This document shows, one piece after another, positions 47,616 to 59,759 of a DNA stretch of 64,000 nucleotides. Under the pieces are notes generated by a model that saw only the letters and a program-made list of their open reading frames with translations, was not told the origin of the DNA and did not search any database. Within the stretch, counting starts at the first letter, position 1, and each line of letters opens with the position of its first letter. The stretch is from contig NW_024704743.1 in the NCBI RefSeq assembly GCF_018977255.1, forward strand, positions 99,078,001 to 99,142,000, written 5' to 3'. Made by a program: the position numbers and the translations under genes. This DNA comes from Callorhinchus milii. Taxonomy: Eukaryota.

Positions 47616-50600
47616 TACTGCAAAGCAACTAAGACCATAAATCCTAGCTGAGTTTTTTTCCCCTTCTATAACCCAAGAAGATATGGCCAAGGAATCGATT
47701 CTTTCAATGAGCCAGTATTCTGGTCAATATTCCCGCATCTCAATTCACGAAAAAACAGATTAATTGGTCATTTATCTCATTGCTCTCTGTAGGCCACTGT
47801 TCCGGCAGCTGACATAGATCAGCAAAGATCGGAAATCAAAGTTCTATTACTCTCTGCATGAACTCGTTGATCCACTTTTACTCAGTGGGTATTTAATGAC
47901 TGGAGTGTGAGTGTGTGGATTACCACGAAGGGTGGTCGAGACCAAGATACTGGATGCAAATAGGAAATACAGTGTATCCCCATTATAACATGCTTTGTTA
48001 TAGTGCTCAAGAGGTGGGGGTTGTTCTGGAAGGATGAGAATAAAATAGGCCGAAGGGCTTTCTTCATCCAAAAGTCTCTTTTGGGTTTAATTTAACTGCT
48101 GATTCACAATATTCTTCAAGGTTTTTCTGAGTTTAATTATTTCCAGATTAAACTATAAAAAGAGAGATTAGCTTGGAGTCAGTGGAATGTTGGCTTAAAG
48201 CCATGTGGTGCAAGCTTCAACAATCTCCTGGCTTTGCTATTTTTATTGATTTTATTCATTTCATGACCTTTGAGGAAAAAGTGTAGTTCTAGATATAATC
48301 CTACACCCCTGCAGTAGTAAAAATGTAATGAAATGCTTCCTGTAAGTACAATAACATATTAATAATTATCATTGCATTTGATATAAAGCTTTTCACGTCT
48401 TCTAGACGTCTCAAAGTGCTTCACAGAACATACTGTAAAGTGAATTGACCATATATTTGTGGGAGAAACATCAATTTATGTGACAAAAATGTCTTCACAA
48501 CAATTGTATAAATAAAAGCAGGGCTCACCTATGGAGCTCACGTAGCTAAATGTATTTGTCTGTCGAGTGCCGATACGAGCATTAGAGCTCATAATCTAGG
48601 CCGACACTGCTGCAATGTTGGAGGAGCATTGTATTTTCAGACGTTCTGACTCTTGGATGAAATGTTAAACTGAAGTGCCATCTGCATGTTCAGGTTAAAG
48701 ATGCCATAACTCTACTTAAAAACAGAAGGGAGTTTCTCCCAGTGTTCTGGCCTGCAATCCTCTAAATTAATTGGTGATATATTGCTATTTGAGGGACCTT
48801 GCTGGCATTATTAGCTACCATATTTGCGTACAATAAACAGTCTCTACAGATGACAGTGGGAGCACTTTGAAATGATTTGATGTGATAAGACGTTGTAAAA
48901 TAGCTAATCATTTTCTTTGTCATTTTAGGCAACATTCAAAGTGCTGCTTACATTACTTCCTTCATGAAGTCACTTCAGTAGCGATTCCTATACATTGTGT
49001 GTGCACAGCACACAGAAAATGACAGCACAACAATACACTTTCTGCGTATAGAGCATGCAACATGAAGAAAATGACAGCGGTGACTATAGAATCATACAAT
49101 TTACAGCACAGATGAAGGCAATTCGACCCATCGTATCTGTGCTGGCAATTATGGCTCATTCAGCCGATTGTGGCTGTGACCTGATGATGCAGAAGGCTGT
49201 CATTTTTTTAATGTGTGGAACCAGCTGGTCAATGCTGAAAGCTAGGTGTGCTTCTGGCATAGGGCAGGTAGAGTCACTAAATTATTTGATTTTTTTAAAA
49301 TTATGTTCCTAAAATAAATTTTTTAGTAGTAGAGGATTCATATCAATAATGCAACAGTAACGTTTGAATAGCTTAGTTACTAATATTGGTGTAATATTAG
49401 CAATATTAGTGTTTTTATCAGTGTATGTATACAGAATTCGTCGGCTCATGGAGACAGGAGTTTCCAGAGACATGCCAGCTATTCAGGGGTTAATATTGTT
49501 ATAATGTCAATCTAACCCAGAGAACAAAGTCTGTGTGGTGTAATTATTGATGTTCACTATGAAATTTTACTCAAACTTCCTTTGACCTCCCTGCCACATG
49601 TATTCTGGTCAATCAAATGATTAAAGTAGTTGAACAAGCTTTACAAGTTTTACTGTTCCACATTTTACTGTTCATTCCTTTGAAAAGTCAAATCTATGAC
49701 AACTTGTGAAGATTTAAGCCATGATGGTAAATACAACAGAGAACCAATTAGTAATATTAATAATCCTTCTATTTGATATAACATCTTTCACATCAGGAGG
49801 TCATCTCAAAGCGGTTCACATGATTTACTTAAAGTGTAGTGACTGCATATTTTGTAGGTGGATGTGGCAGCCAATTTGTTCACAGCAATGCCTCACAAAC
49901 AGCTATGAAGTGAATAACAAATTTTATTTGAGGGAATGTTGGTCCATTGCCTTAGCACCTCTTCCTGGTGTGAAAGGTGCAATATAATTGCAATTTGTTG
50001 TTGTTGATAGAGAGAAACTCCCTTCTCTTTTGAGTTGCGCCATGGGATCTTTAACATCCATGTGAACAGGCAGGCTTAAAGTCTTGGTTAAAATCTCATC
50101 CAAATTTTGACACCTCCAACAATACAGTGCACCCCCAGCACGACATTGGAATGTCAGCCTAGACCTGGCACTTGAACTCATAATCTTCTGTCTCAGAGGC
50201 AAGAGTGCTACCAATTGAGCCAAACTGATACACAAAACATCCACATTATTTGGGACTAGTCGGATTAGGAGACAATAAACCATGTGGATAATTAGACATT
50301 ACACAAAGTACAATTGGCTGAAGTGCCTGTCTCGCACAGGGTTGGCTCTGTGTGGGAAATGGAAGATTTCATGAAGTAGGAACAGGAGGTTTGCAACAGA
50401 TGCACATTGATGGGAGGGAGCTTTACTCCAAATCTAACCTACGCTTTACCCGAGTACAGTATTTGATCCTAACACAGGATAACTGAAAAGGAAATATGTT
50501 CTATTTTCCAGTGCCATCATCCCTCAACTCGATGAGTAATAAAAATGTCCAAACTATATTTTTGAACCTGAACTTATCAGATCCTAGGCATTCTGCGAAC

Positions 50601-50627
50601 TTTCTTGTCAAGAAATTGATTTCTACA

Positions 50628-51476
50628 ACAAACAACAACAACCAAATTACATTTGTAAAGCGTCTTTCACGTTGGGAAGACGTACCAAGGTGCTGGACAG
50701 ACAGAGTTATGGACCCAAGCTGGGGGTCGGTGTGAGGGAGGGTGGAAGGCCAGGGGGAAGCAGGGAGATCGAAAGCACAGTCAAAGAGCAGGGTCTTGAG
50801 GTGGGTCTTGAAGGTGGTGAGGGATGGGGCGAGACGGAGGGACTGCGTGATGGAGTTCCAGAGGGTGGGTGCAGAGTGGCGGAAGGCCCGCCCACCAATG
50901 GTGGGGCGAGCAAGGCGGGGGACGTGAAGCAGGCCGGAACCTGCTGAGCAGAGTGAGTGAACAGGGTTTTAGGGGGTTAGGAGATCGGAGAGGTGGGGGG
51001 AGCAGGATCGTGGAGGGCTTTGAAGGTGAGGACCAGAATCTTGAACTGTATCCTCTGTGTGATGGGAGGCCAGTGGAGTTGGGCAAGGATGGGGGTGGTG
51101 ACAAAGTCGCGGAGCCTAGTGTGGGAGAGGACATGGGCCGCAGAGTTCTGGATGATCTGCAGCCGTGGAGGGAGGAGTTGTGGAGGCCGACAAGCAGTGA
51201 GTTTCATAGTCGAGCCTCGATGTAATGAAAGCATTTATGAGAGTTCTGGCGGCTTGCGGTGCAAAACAGTGTCGGAGTCGGGTGACGTTGCGGAAGTGGG
51301 GGAAAGCAGAGCGGGTCATGGCGCAGATTTGGGGTAGAAAAGATAGTTGAGGGTCAAACAAGACCCAAGGTTCTGGACTGGCTTAGCAAGGTGGAGTGTG
51401 CAACCATGGATGGTGATGCTGTTAGTGCCTGAGGTGAGGAGGCGCTGACAGGAGCCAATCAGGAGAGCCTCGGTCT
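50628..51476 (-). mobile_element. L2 LINE 3' fragment
   Basis: [29 protein letters not shown], and tail stem-loop. Confidence 0.88.
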
Positions 51477-51892
51477 AATACAAGAAAAGAAAGAAGATAA
51501 CCCCAAAAAATAAGGTGTCAGCATGGCTCAGTTGGTAGCACTCTTGCCTCTGAATCAGAAGGTTAGGGGTTGAAGCCTTATGAAGGTGCTTTGAACTGAC
51601 ACTCCATTGCAGTGTTAAGGGAGCACTGCATTGTCAGAGTCATCACCTTTGGATGAGATGTTAAACCAAGGTACTGTGTGCCTGTTTAGGTGGGTGATAA
51701 AATCCAAGGTACTACTCAAAAAAAAGTTTCTTGCAATCTCTGGCCAACATTTTTCAGATAAAATTGGCCATTCACTTTACATACAGAAACTTTTTGAGGC
51801 TCAAAGACTTCTTGGTGTTTAAGTGCTATATAAAATTGAAGGATTTTTTCAACATATAAAATTTGGTTAAAATATAAAAGTGTGCACATTAC

Positions 51893-52075
51893 CTGTATCC
51901 TTGACTTTGACTCTCTTTGACCATGTGCAATATGTAGGATTCCTTGCTTGTTCCCGTAAGTCCAGGTAAGATAAGGACAATAGGTCTTGTAGCAGAAACA
52001 GGATGCAGTAAATTTCCATCATTGTCAATCCAGTCCAAGGAAATCTGCCCACCATCTGCCGTCTTAATGAGCTCA
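51893..52075 (-). CDS. ABHD3: ABHD3 exon (ELIKTADGGQISLDW...LPGLTGTSKESYILHM...GY)
   Basis: PGLTG oxyanion-region motif, 183 nt. Confidence 0.95.
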
Positions 52076-52486
52076 CTATAATACAGATACATGTAGAAAA
52101 TTAAAAAGCACATGCTCAATATACATACAATTGTATACCTCTGCAACCACATCTACTCATTTAAAATCCCATCAATTTATGCTATGGTTGTTTGCTGGCA
52201 CACTGAGGTTCTATGTGATCATGTGTAATTCATAATTAGTTTGCCAAGAAATATTTTACGCTTTGGCTTTGGATCAGGATTACGGATAGACCAGAATTTC
52301 TATGAAATACAGATAAAAAATAGGCAGTTTTCCAATTGTTCTCCAACCAACACACCATTCAATCATTTGTTCAGCATTTCAGACTAGAGTGAAACCAGAA
52401 ACTCTGAAAAATAGTATTCTAATTGATCCTGTGTAAGACATCTGAAAAGCAGAAAACTATTTTGTTTGAATCTCAGTCCTGTATTG

Positions 52487-52770
52487 GGATAGAATTACAT
52501 CAAATTATACAACTTGGAAACAGGCTATTTGGCTCAACTGGTTTGTGCCCATGTTTATACTCATGAGCCCCCACCTCTTCTATTCCACAGGACCTCTCTA
52601 TTCATTTCTCCCTAACGTATGCATCAAGTTTTCTCTTAAATGTATTAATGCTTTTCACTTCAACCACAGCTTCCGTCAATGAGTTCCACATTCTCACCAC
52701 CCTCTGCATATGAAATGGTCCTCCAAACTCCCCACTACATCTATTACTAGCTATTTTACATTTAAACATT
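52487..52770 (-). mobile_element. CR1 3' end
   Basis: gagttccacattctcaccaccctctg is a CR1 3' signature. Confidence 0.65.
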
Positions 52771-52998
52771 ATGCCTGGGTGTAAAATGTTCTAGAATGTG
52801 AGAACCTTGTGTGAAGAGTTGATATGGCTGAATTTGACAAAAGAATTGGAATCCTTACCATCATCTACTGTAATACTGCAAAAACATTTATTAGAAATAA
52901 CAATTTAAAATGTTTGTTCCTCTGCTAACAGTAGAGCCAATTTCTGAATATATAGTACTATGGTACTAATGGAACAATAAACAGCAAAAGAACCATAC

Positions 52999-53162
52999 TT
53001 CCTGTACTCCATTGAGGGTTTCGATGTGATGAATGGCCTCAGCAGGGTTTGCATCCTTCCTTCTGAGCACCAAAAGGTTGGATAATAAGTCTCTGTTACC
53101 ACAGGACAGTATTTCTTTAGAAAATGGCACAGTGTTTGTCCTCCTGTGATGAGCTGTGGTTT
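52999..53162 (-). CDS. ABHD3: ABHD3 exon (KPQLITGG...CPVVTETYYPTFWCSEGRMQTLLRPFITSKPSMEYR)
   Basis: Strong similarity to ABHD3, 164 nt, canonical splice sites. Confidence 0.95.
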
Positions 53163-53429
53163 CTGCAGTAAATCAAGTTCAGGGTGAGAATGTGATAACA
53201 AATTTATAACATTTGCTGTTTTTTTACTGTATGAGTCTGAGGTTTGCTCATCATTTCATAGCCTTTTTTAAGTTTAGAAAATACTCAATAAAAGATTGGG
53301 GGGTGGCGGGAAGAAATTCCACCAGGGTCTAGATCTACTCTATTAACATAACATTCCGGAGCATGCGTAATTTGTCAAATTGTTAAAAGAATTACAGAAA
53401 AAAAAGCTTCCAAATGAAGACTGTATTTA

Positions 53430-53530
53430 ACTGTGGATTAAATGATTCTGCTCTCTATATAATAAACTGGATTAAATTACAGTGTTCTCTATATAATAAA
53501 CTATGGACTAAATAACATTGCCCTCTATAT
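53430..53530. repeat. Short degenerate minisatellite (unit about 35 bp)
   Basis: ctctatataataaact...ggattaaat occurs 2-3 times. Confidence 0.6.
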
Positions 53531-54039
53531 TGCACTAGTGACGTGATCAACCAGTGATTATCCTCCTTGGGGGAAGATAAGCAGGATCAACTTGGGGCTG
53601 AACTGGCCCCAAGGTGACATGTTTGGCAACGAAATGTCAAAATCGAGCCAGCCATCTGTGGCGGTCTCGGTAGTCTGGTTCCTGAGCCAGGCAGGTCAGC
53701 AATATTCCAGGGCTCTGCTGATGATAGCACAACCAGCCTGGCTCATCATCAGACCTGAAAGAGCAGACTAGTCACTGGGGGCAGGGAGTCATCCCACTTA
53801 GCTCCTGTTTACCCTGCAAACTAAATCCCTAATGGGTAGGATGGTCCTTGCCAGACAGCAATATCAATGGCAGTCTATGCTGTTTTAGCTGGTTAGACTC
53901 CCAGCAGTATCCTGACACACTTCTGTGGTCACCCTCACAGACAGAACTGAAGCTCTCATCAGTTCATCACCACCTGTGACCCTGACTATCAACCTCCCTG
54001 GCTGCTCATTACAGCTTATGAAACAAATACGAAATGTTT

Positions 54040-54475
54040 GTGGTTTGTTTGACTCTCACTTCTCCTTTTAAGCCTTTCATCTGATCCTTGACCAAGTCTC
54101 CGCTGTCCATCTCAACAACTTTGCTTGCCTGCGTCCCCACCTCACTCCCTACATAGCAGAGATCCTCATGTTACCTCTTTTGTTACCTCAACCCCTGACT
54201 TTTCTTATGTTCTACTTGCCAGCCTTCCCAGGTCAACTCTCCACAAGCCACAGATTATCCAGAGCTCTGCAGCCTTTCCCATATTAGACTCTTTGAGCCT
54301 GTTAGCCCATCCTCGCCAGCCTCTTCCTATGCTTTGAAATCCCATCTCTTTGACTGTGCGTTTGGCACCTCACTTCTATCCCTTCCTCTCTCACCCTGCA
54401 TGGGCTCCCATTACACCTCTGTGAAGCACTTTAAGACAGTTTACTGTGTGAAATAAGTGCAAGTTGTTGTTGTTG
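54040..54475 (+). mobile_element. Degenerate L2 fragment
   Basis: KPQIIQSSAA-like peptide and (TTG)n tail. Confidence 0.55.
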
Positions 54476-55499
54476 ACTGTTACACTTCTAAATAAACTGT
54501 AGAGGTGTAATTTATCATATATTCAATACAATTACTTCACATCTAACATACTGTGGTGCAATTTTCAGTTCTTGATATGTACCTTACTGTGTAATAGTAG
54601 ATTTGTGCATGATAACGAGATGTTAATCTAGAGTACTTTACAAGGGAGAATTTCTAGCCCGAGTCTGTGAATGGGATCAGGGTGGCAGGAGAATACAGAT
54701 TCTGTGTTGTTGCCTTCATACTTGATATGAACCCCCTGCCTTGGTTAAGGCAGTGAGCCAGAAGATTTAGAAAAAGGCAACTTGTGACACAAAATTTCAT
54801 TATTTCACTGGGATTATCTGACTTGCATGTTAAATGGATAAAGGGTTGGGTATAGCATTACAGACAAGTGCACAATGGACTGCTGATCTTCAGAGTCCTA
54901 GCACCAGCAACTCATTTGAAAAGTAATACAGGATGTGAAAGAAAATCATGCCTTCTTGCACTGTTGATTGATTCCCTGTTTTCGTGAACTAAAATTACAC
55001 TCAATAATGTCATTGTGAAAAGATAATAATAATAATTATCCTTGCATTTGATATAGTGCCTTATCATGTTGTCAAGGCGTCTCAAAGCGCATCACAGGAA
55101 ATACTTTAAGGTGCATTTTGTGGGCGAAATGTGGGATCAATCACAACAGAGCTCAGCTCAGGTGGCATGCAGGTATGACAGTGTGTTATCATCTGATAGA
55201 TGCAAGCAGAATCCAAACATTTTTTCAGAAATATCCTGATAACTAGCGTTCTTTTTTTTTAAACAAACTTCTTGACCATGTTTGAATAAAATAGTTTTTG
55301 CTCTAGTGAATCCCATGTAAGTCACAGTGAGTCATGAGATCTCAACTCCATGGTTTTGTGAGTCGTCGTATTTGGATTTGCATTGTGTTGCCCTTTTTCC
55401 TGTGGGAAGTCATCAGTATTACAACCAACTTCCCTGAGGAGTGCCTTTTCAACCCTGGTTTATTTTCATTAGAATGTAAGAATTTGCTAGGCAAAATAA

Positions 55500-55980
55500 C
55501 CATAGAATCATAGAATTACACAGCACAGAAGGAGGCCATTCGGCCCATCGTGTCATCTGTGCAGTCTCTTTGAAAAGAGCTACCCAAATCAGTCCCGCTT
55601 CCCCGATCTCTCATCATAGCCCTGCAAACTTGTCCTCCCCAAATAATTATCTACTTCTCTCTTAAGTGTTGTTATCGAGTCAGCTTCCACCACCCTTACA
55701 GGCAATGAATTCCAGATCCGAACAACTCACTGTGTGAAAACATTTCACCTCCCCTCTGCTTCTTTTAACAACTATTTTAAATCAGTGTCCTCGAGTTACC
55801 GACCCATTCGCCAGTGGAAATAGTTTTTCCTTGTTCACCCTATCGAATCCCCTCATAATTTTGAAAACTTCTATTTAGTCTCCTCTTAACCATCTCTGCT
55901 CCAAGGAGAATAATCCTAACTTCTCTATTCTCTCCTGATAACTGAAGTCCCTCATTCCTGGTACCATCCTGGTAAATCTG
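55500..55980 (-). mobile_element. CR1 LINE 3' end with (TTCTATGA)n tail
   Basis: catagaatcatagaat...ggccattcggcccatc is a typical CR1 tail on the - strand. Confidence 0.85.
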
Positions 55981-55984
55981 CCAA

Positions 55985-56950
55985 ACTATATATTGTATGC
56001 CGAAACATTAATGCCTAACAGAAATCTATCTAATTTGTTCTTGAAAGAATCAACACTTCCACCATCCCACTAGGGAGCCTGTTCCATACATTTACTAGTC
56101 ACTCACTGAGTAATGTTTCCGCAGATTTGTTCTGAATTTACCCCCCTTCAATCGCAGGCTGTGTCCTCTGGTTCGACTGTTCAGTACAAGATAAAAGAGC
56201 ATATCATGGTCTATATTATCCAGTCCCTTTAGAATCTTAAAGACTATAATCTCATCGCCCCTCAACCTTCTCTTCTCCAGAGTTAACATGCCCAGTTTAC
56301 CTAACTGCTCCACATAATCCAGTCCATCCATCCTCTCAATCATTTTGGTTGCCCTCCTCTGTATCCTCTCAATCACGGCAATATCCTTTTTGTATTGTGG
56401 TGAGCAGAACTGCACCCAGTTTTCCAAGTTCGGTCGCATCAATGATTTATAAAGTGGTAGGATGACCTCACTATTTTGGCTTAATATTGCTTTTTTAATA
56501 TAACCCAGCATCTGGTTTGCCTTACTCACTGCTCCCGAGCACTGTTGAAGAGCTTCAATTTATTGTCACTCAGAACCCCAGGTCCTTTTCATTTCAGGAC
56601 AGATTATTTTCTTTCCATTTAAATGATAGTCCCCTTCCTGGATGTTTTCTCCCAATTTGAAACATTTTGCATTTCTCTACATTGAATTTCATCTGCCATC
56701 GATCTGCCCAATTCCCAAGTATGTTCAAGTCCTCCTGTAACCTATCCTGTTCATCTATGCAGTCTACCACCTTCATTAGCTTTGCGCCATCTGCAAATTA
56801 AGTCACTGTGCTTGTGACTCCTAGCTCCAGATCATTTATAAATATGTTAAATAAAAGAGAATTCCACTGGTAACAACCTCCCAGCCTGATGACATTCCCT
56901 GTACCACCACCCTCTGTGTTCCAGATATACAACATCCACTGCCTTACCCT
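55985..56950 (-). mobile_element. CR1 LINE RT C-terminal fragment
   Basis: LFNIFINDL, WQMKFNVEKCK, KANQMLGYI, IQRRATKMI and LEKRRLRGD motifs. Confidence 0.9.
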
Positions 56951-57519
56951 TAGCAAGCTCCTCTTCATATCAGCAACTCCTGGCACAAACCTTTCTAAGG
57001 GATCAGTTGTTTAGCCATAGAAAGAGAAAAATTCCACCTGAGTCTAGATTTACTCTATTCATGTAGCATTTTCAGAGTGACCAGAATTTGGAAAATTCTG
57101 TGGACGAATTATCCTATGCATACGGCAAATCAGTTTGTCTCACGTGTCATATGAGCACAAGCCATTATGATACATCTCGACTGCATCCCTTTGTGACATC
57201 TTAATCACCGGTCTTCAGACAATACAGTCACATTGTAATGTAATGAAGTCTGATAGCAATGGTTTCAATTTGTCAGAAGTCACCTAGGAAATAAAAGGCC
57301 CCTGGGCTAATTTGATCACCGAGTTTGTACTTCATTTGGTTGCTCTTAAATTGTGTGATTAAAATATATATTAGCACAATAGTTACATCAGTCATCAGTC
57401 AATGTATCTTTCTGTCAGTTCAACATTTTAGTTCTCTATACTTAAGCTTTCAAAAGGAAAAATATAAAGGGGTATGAAGGAAAGGAGGTGAAATGGGAAC
57501 AAACAAGATCACAAGATTG

Positions 57520-58195
57520 GTCTGGATGAAGAAGGTCCATCTGATCTAATCCTTCCAGTACACCCACTTTACTGTCTGCTCATCACTCTATCATGCTGCT
57601 TTTTAAATGTCTAGTGTTCTGGCTACTACTATCTTTCCTGGCAGTCTGTTCCAATTGTTGATTACTCTCTGCATAAAGAAAACCGTCCTGGTATCTGCCT
57701 TGAAATTGCCTTTACAACTCTAAACCTATGTCCTTGTGTTCTCCTTTATTAATACATCATCAAATACTAATCTGTGTTTACTTTTTCAATCCCATTTCAA
57801 ATTTGGTATACCTTTATGAGGTCCCCTCTGAGTTGTTAAGATTGAAGAGCCCTAGCTTGTCTAGTCGGTGCACATAGCTCATTCCTCTAACATTGGGATC
57901 ATCCTTGTTGCTCTCCTCTGGATCACCTCTAGGGCTTGGGAACCCCATTATGTTGTGGTGACCAGAACTGTATGCAGGATTCAAATGGCAGTCTGACCAG
58001 GCATGAAACAGCCCGAGTATGACATCTGGGGACCTAAACTCAACTGATTTAGCAATATAGCTCAACATCCTGCATAACGCAAGACAAATCAACTAACATC
58101 CCTAGATATCTTTCAGCTTCTCCCTTGGAAAGTTCTAACCATCCATGGAGTACTTGTGTTTCCTGATCTTGGATCCTACATGTAATACCTTGCGT
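57520..58195 (-). mobile_element. CR1 LINE fragment
   Basis: RMLSYIAKSVEFRS and MSYVHRLDKLGLF motifs. Confidence 0.8.
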
Positions 58196-58762
58196 AAACA
58201 GCTAGCTCTTATAAAGAATGGCTACAGGTACAATGGCCTCACTGAAAATTTCTGAGATTGTAATTGTGTACCGTTGTTAGAATTAATACAGTTAAACTAA
58301 TATTTTCCTGAATTACTTGAGCAGGTTGCATCCCTCTGGGGAGAGAGTATCTGCTCCATTCCAAACAAATGGAAATTTCCATGCATATGTGGAAATCTCA
58401 GCAGCGAAGTTTGGATACCCTTAAGCCTTAAGCACCTATCAGACACACAGCTGACCAACAAAATATCCAAAAGCAGGCCTTGAATTTAGCAATTACTAAA
58501 CAATGGATGTATAGCTATTTAAAACTATCGTGAAAAATCTTATGATAATAATATTCTTACCAGATCACAATAAAATTAAAATATAAGTAAATGCATAGTT
58601 ATATTTTTATCAAGGCATTTAAGATGATAATATATAGATATAGGGTAAGACAATGGTTGTGTATTCAACATCTATTTGTGAGAACATAACTGCTAAAACA
58701 TAAATATGATACAAAGAATACAACAGATGCTACATTATATAAAAGTTGATATATCTTCTTAC

Positions 58763-58906
58763 CCTTGACATAAGGCTCAGGTAAAACAAAATGTATGCAG
58801 CAGTGCATGTTAAAATGAGATTCAAACCGAATGGACTGATGTGATTTTCTAAATGCGCTGATAGTTCTCTGATCAGCGTATTCACATTACGCACCACATT
58901 AATCAT
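58763..58906 (-). CDS. ABHD3: ABHD3 first coding exon (MINVVRNVNTLIRELSAHLENHISPFGLNLILTCTAAYILFYLSLMSR), signal-anchor segment
   Basis: Aligns by eye with the ABHD3 N-terminus (LSRELSLYLEHQ...GLSLIL...AYAFYYLS). Donor AGG|gtaaga, phase 0. Absent from the ORF track because it is under 60 aa. Confidence 0.85.
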
Positions 58907-59759
58907 TGTTACTGCAAGAGTTATACTTGTTTTTAAAGCAAATGAAGGATTGCCAGCATTTTGTAGCAGAATATTAAGAAGTGATAATGTGCAATGCCCT
59001 GGCAGTGTTCAATCCACCTCTGGTGCTGGCAAAATAATTTTTTTCCTTATATTTATTCACTTGATTCATGACCTCCTAGAGTCAGAGGTCAGGGATTGTT
59101 ATGTCATTAATAGAGTCACGTTTCAGGTAGAAGGAACTTTCAGAGGGAGGATGGTCTACATAACTTGATGGGAAGCTGAACACAAAACATAAAAACAGGA
59201 GGCAAACTGAATGTGAATGAGAAGAAACAAATTCTTGCATTTGATCATCACATCATTGAGATGTTTCAAAGGGCTTCACAGGATCTACTGTAAAGTGAAT
59301 TGACTGTGTATTTTGTAGGCGAAACCCGACAGCCAAAAGTGCACAGAAATGTCCCACAAACAGCCATGAAGTGAAACCCCAATTTCATTTGGGGGATTGT
59401 TGGCCAGGACACTGGGAGAAACTCCCTTCTCTTTTCAAATAGTGTCGTGGGATCTTTAATGTCCATTGTGGAGTCCATTGTGGTTAAAGCATTCGCCTGG
59501 CAAGCGAGAGACCTGGGTTCGATTCCCAGCTTGGTGAAACCTTTCGTTACTCCACACGGCTGATAATAATCCCTCAAGACAAAAAATTATAATAATTTGG
59601 TTACTCAATCCACGACCTTCGTGCGCTCCTCAAACAATGTTGTATCTGAGGATTGGAAGAGAACAAATATTATCTTGCTATTCAGAATGTGCAGCATGAG
59701 GCTGAAATGACAGACCAATTAACTTAACATTGGTAGTAGGGCAATGTGGGAGAGCTTAT

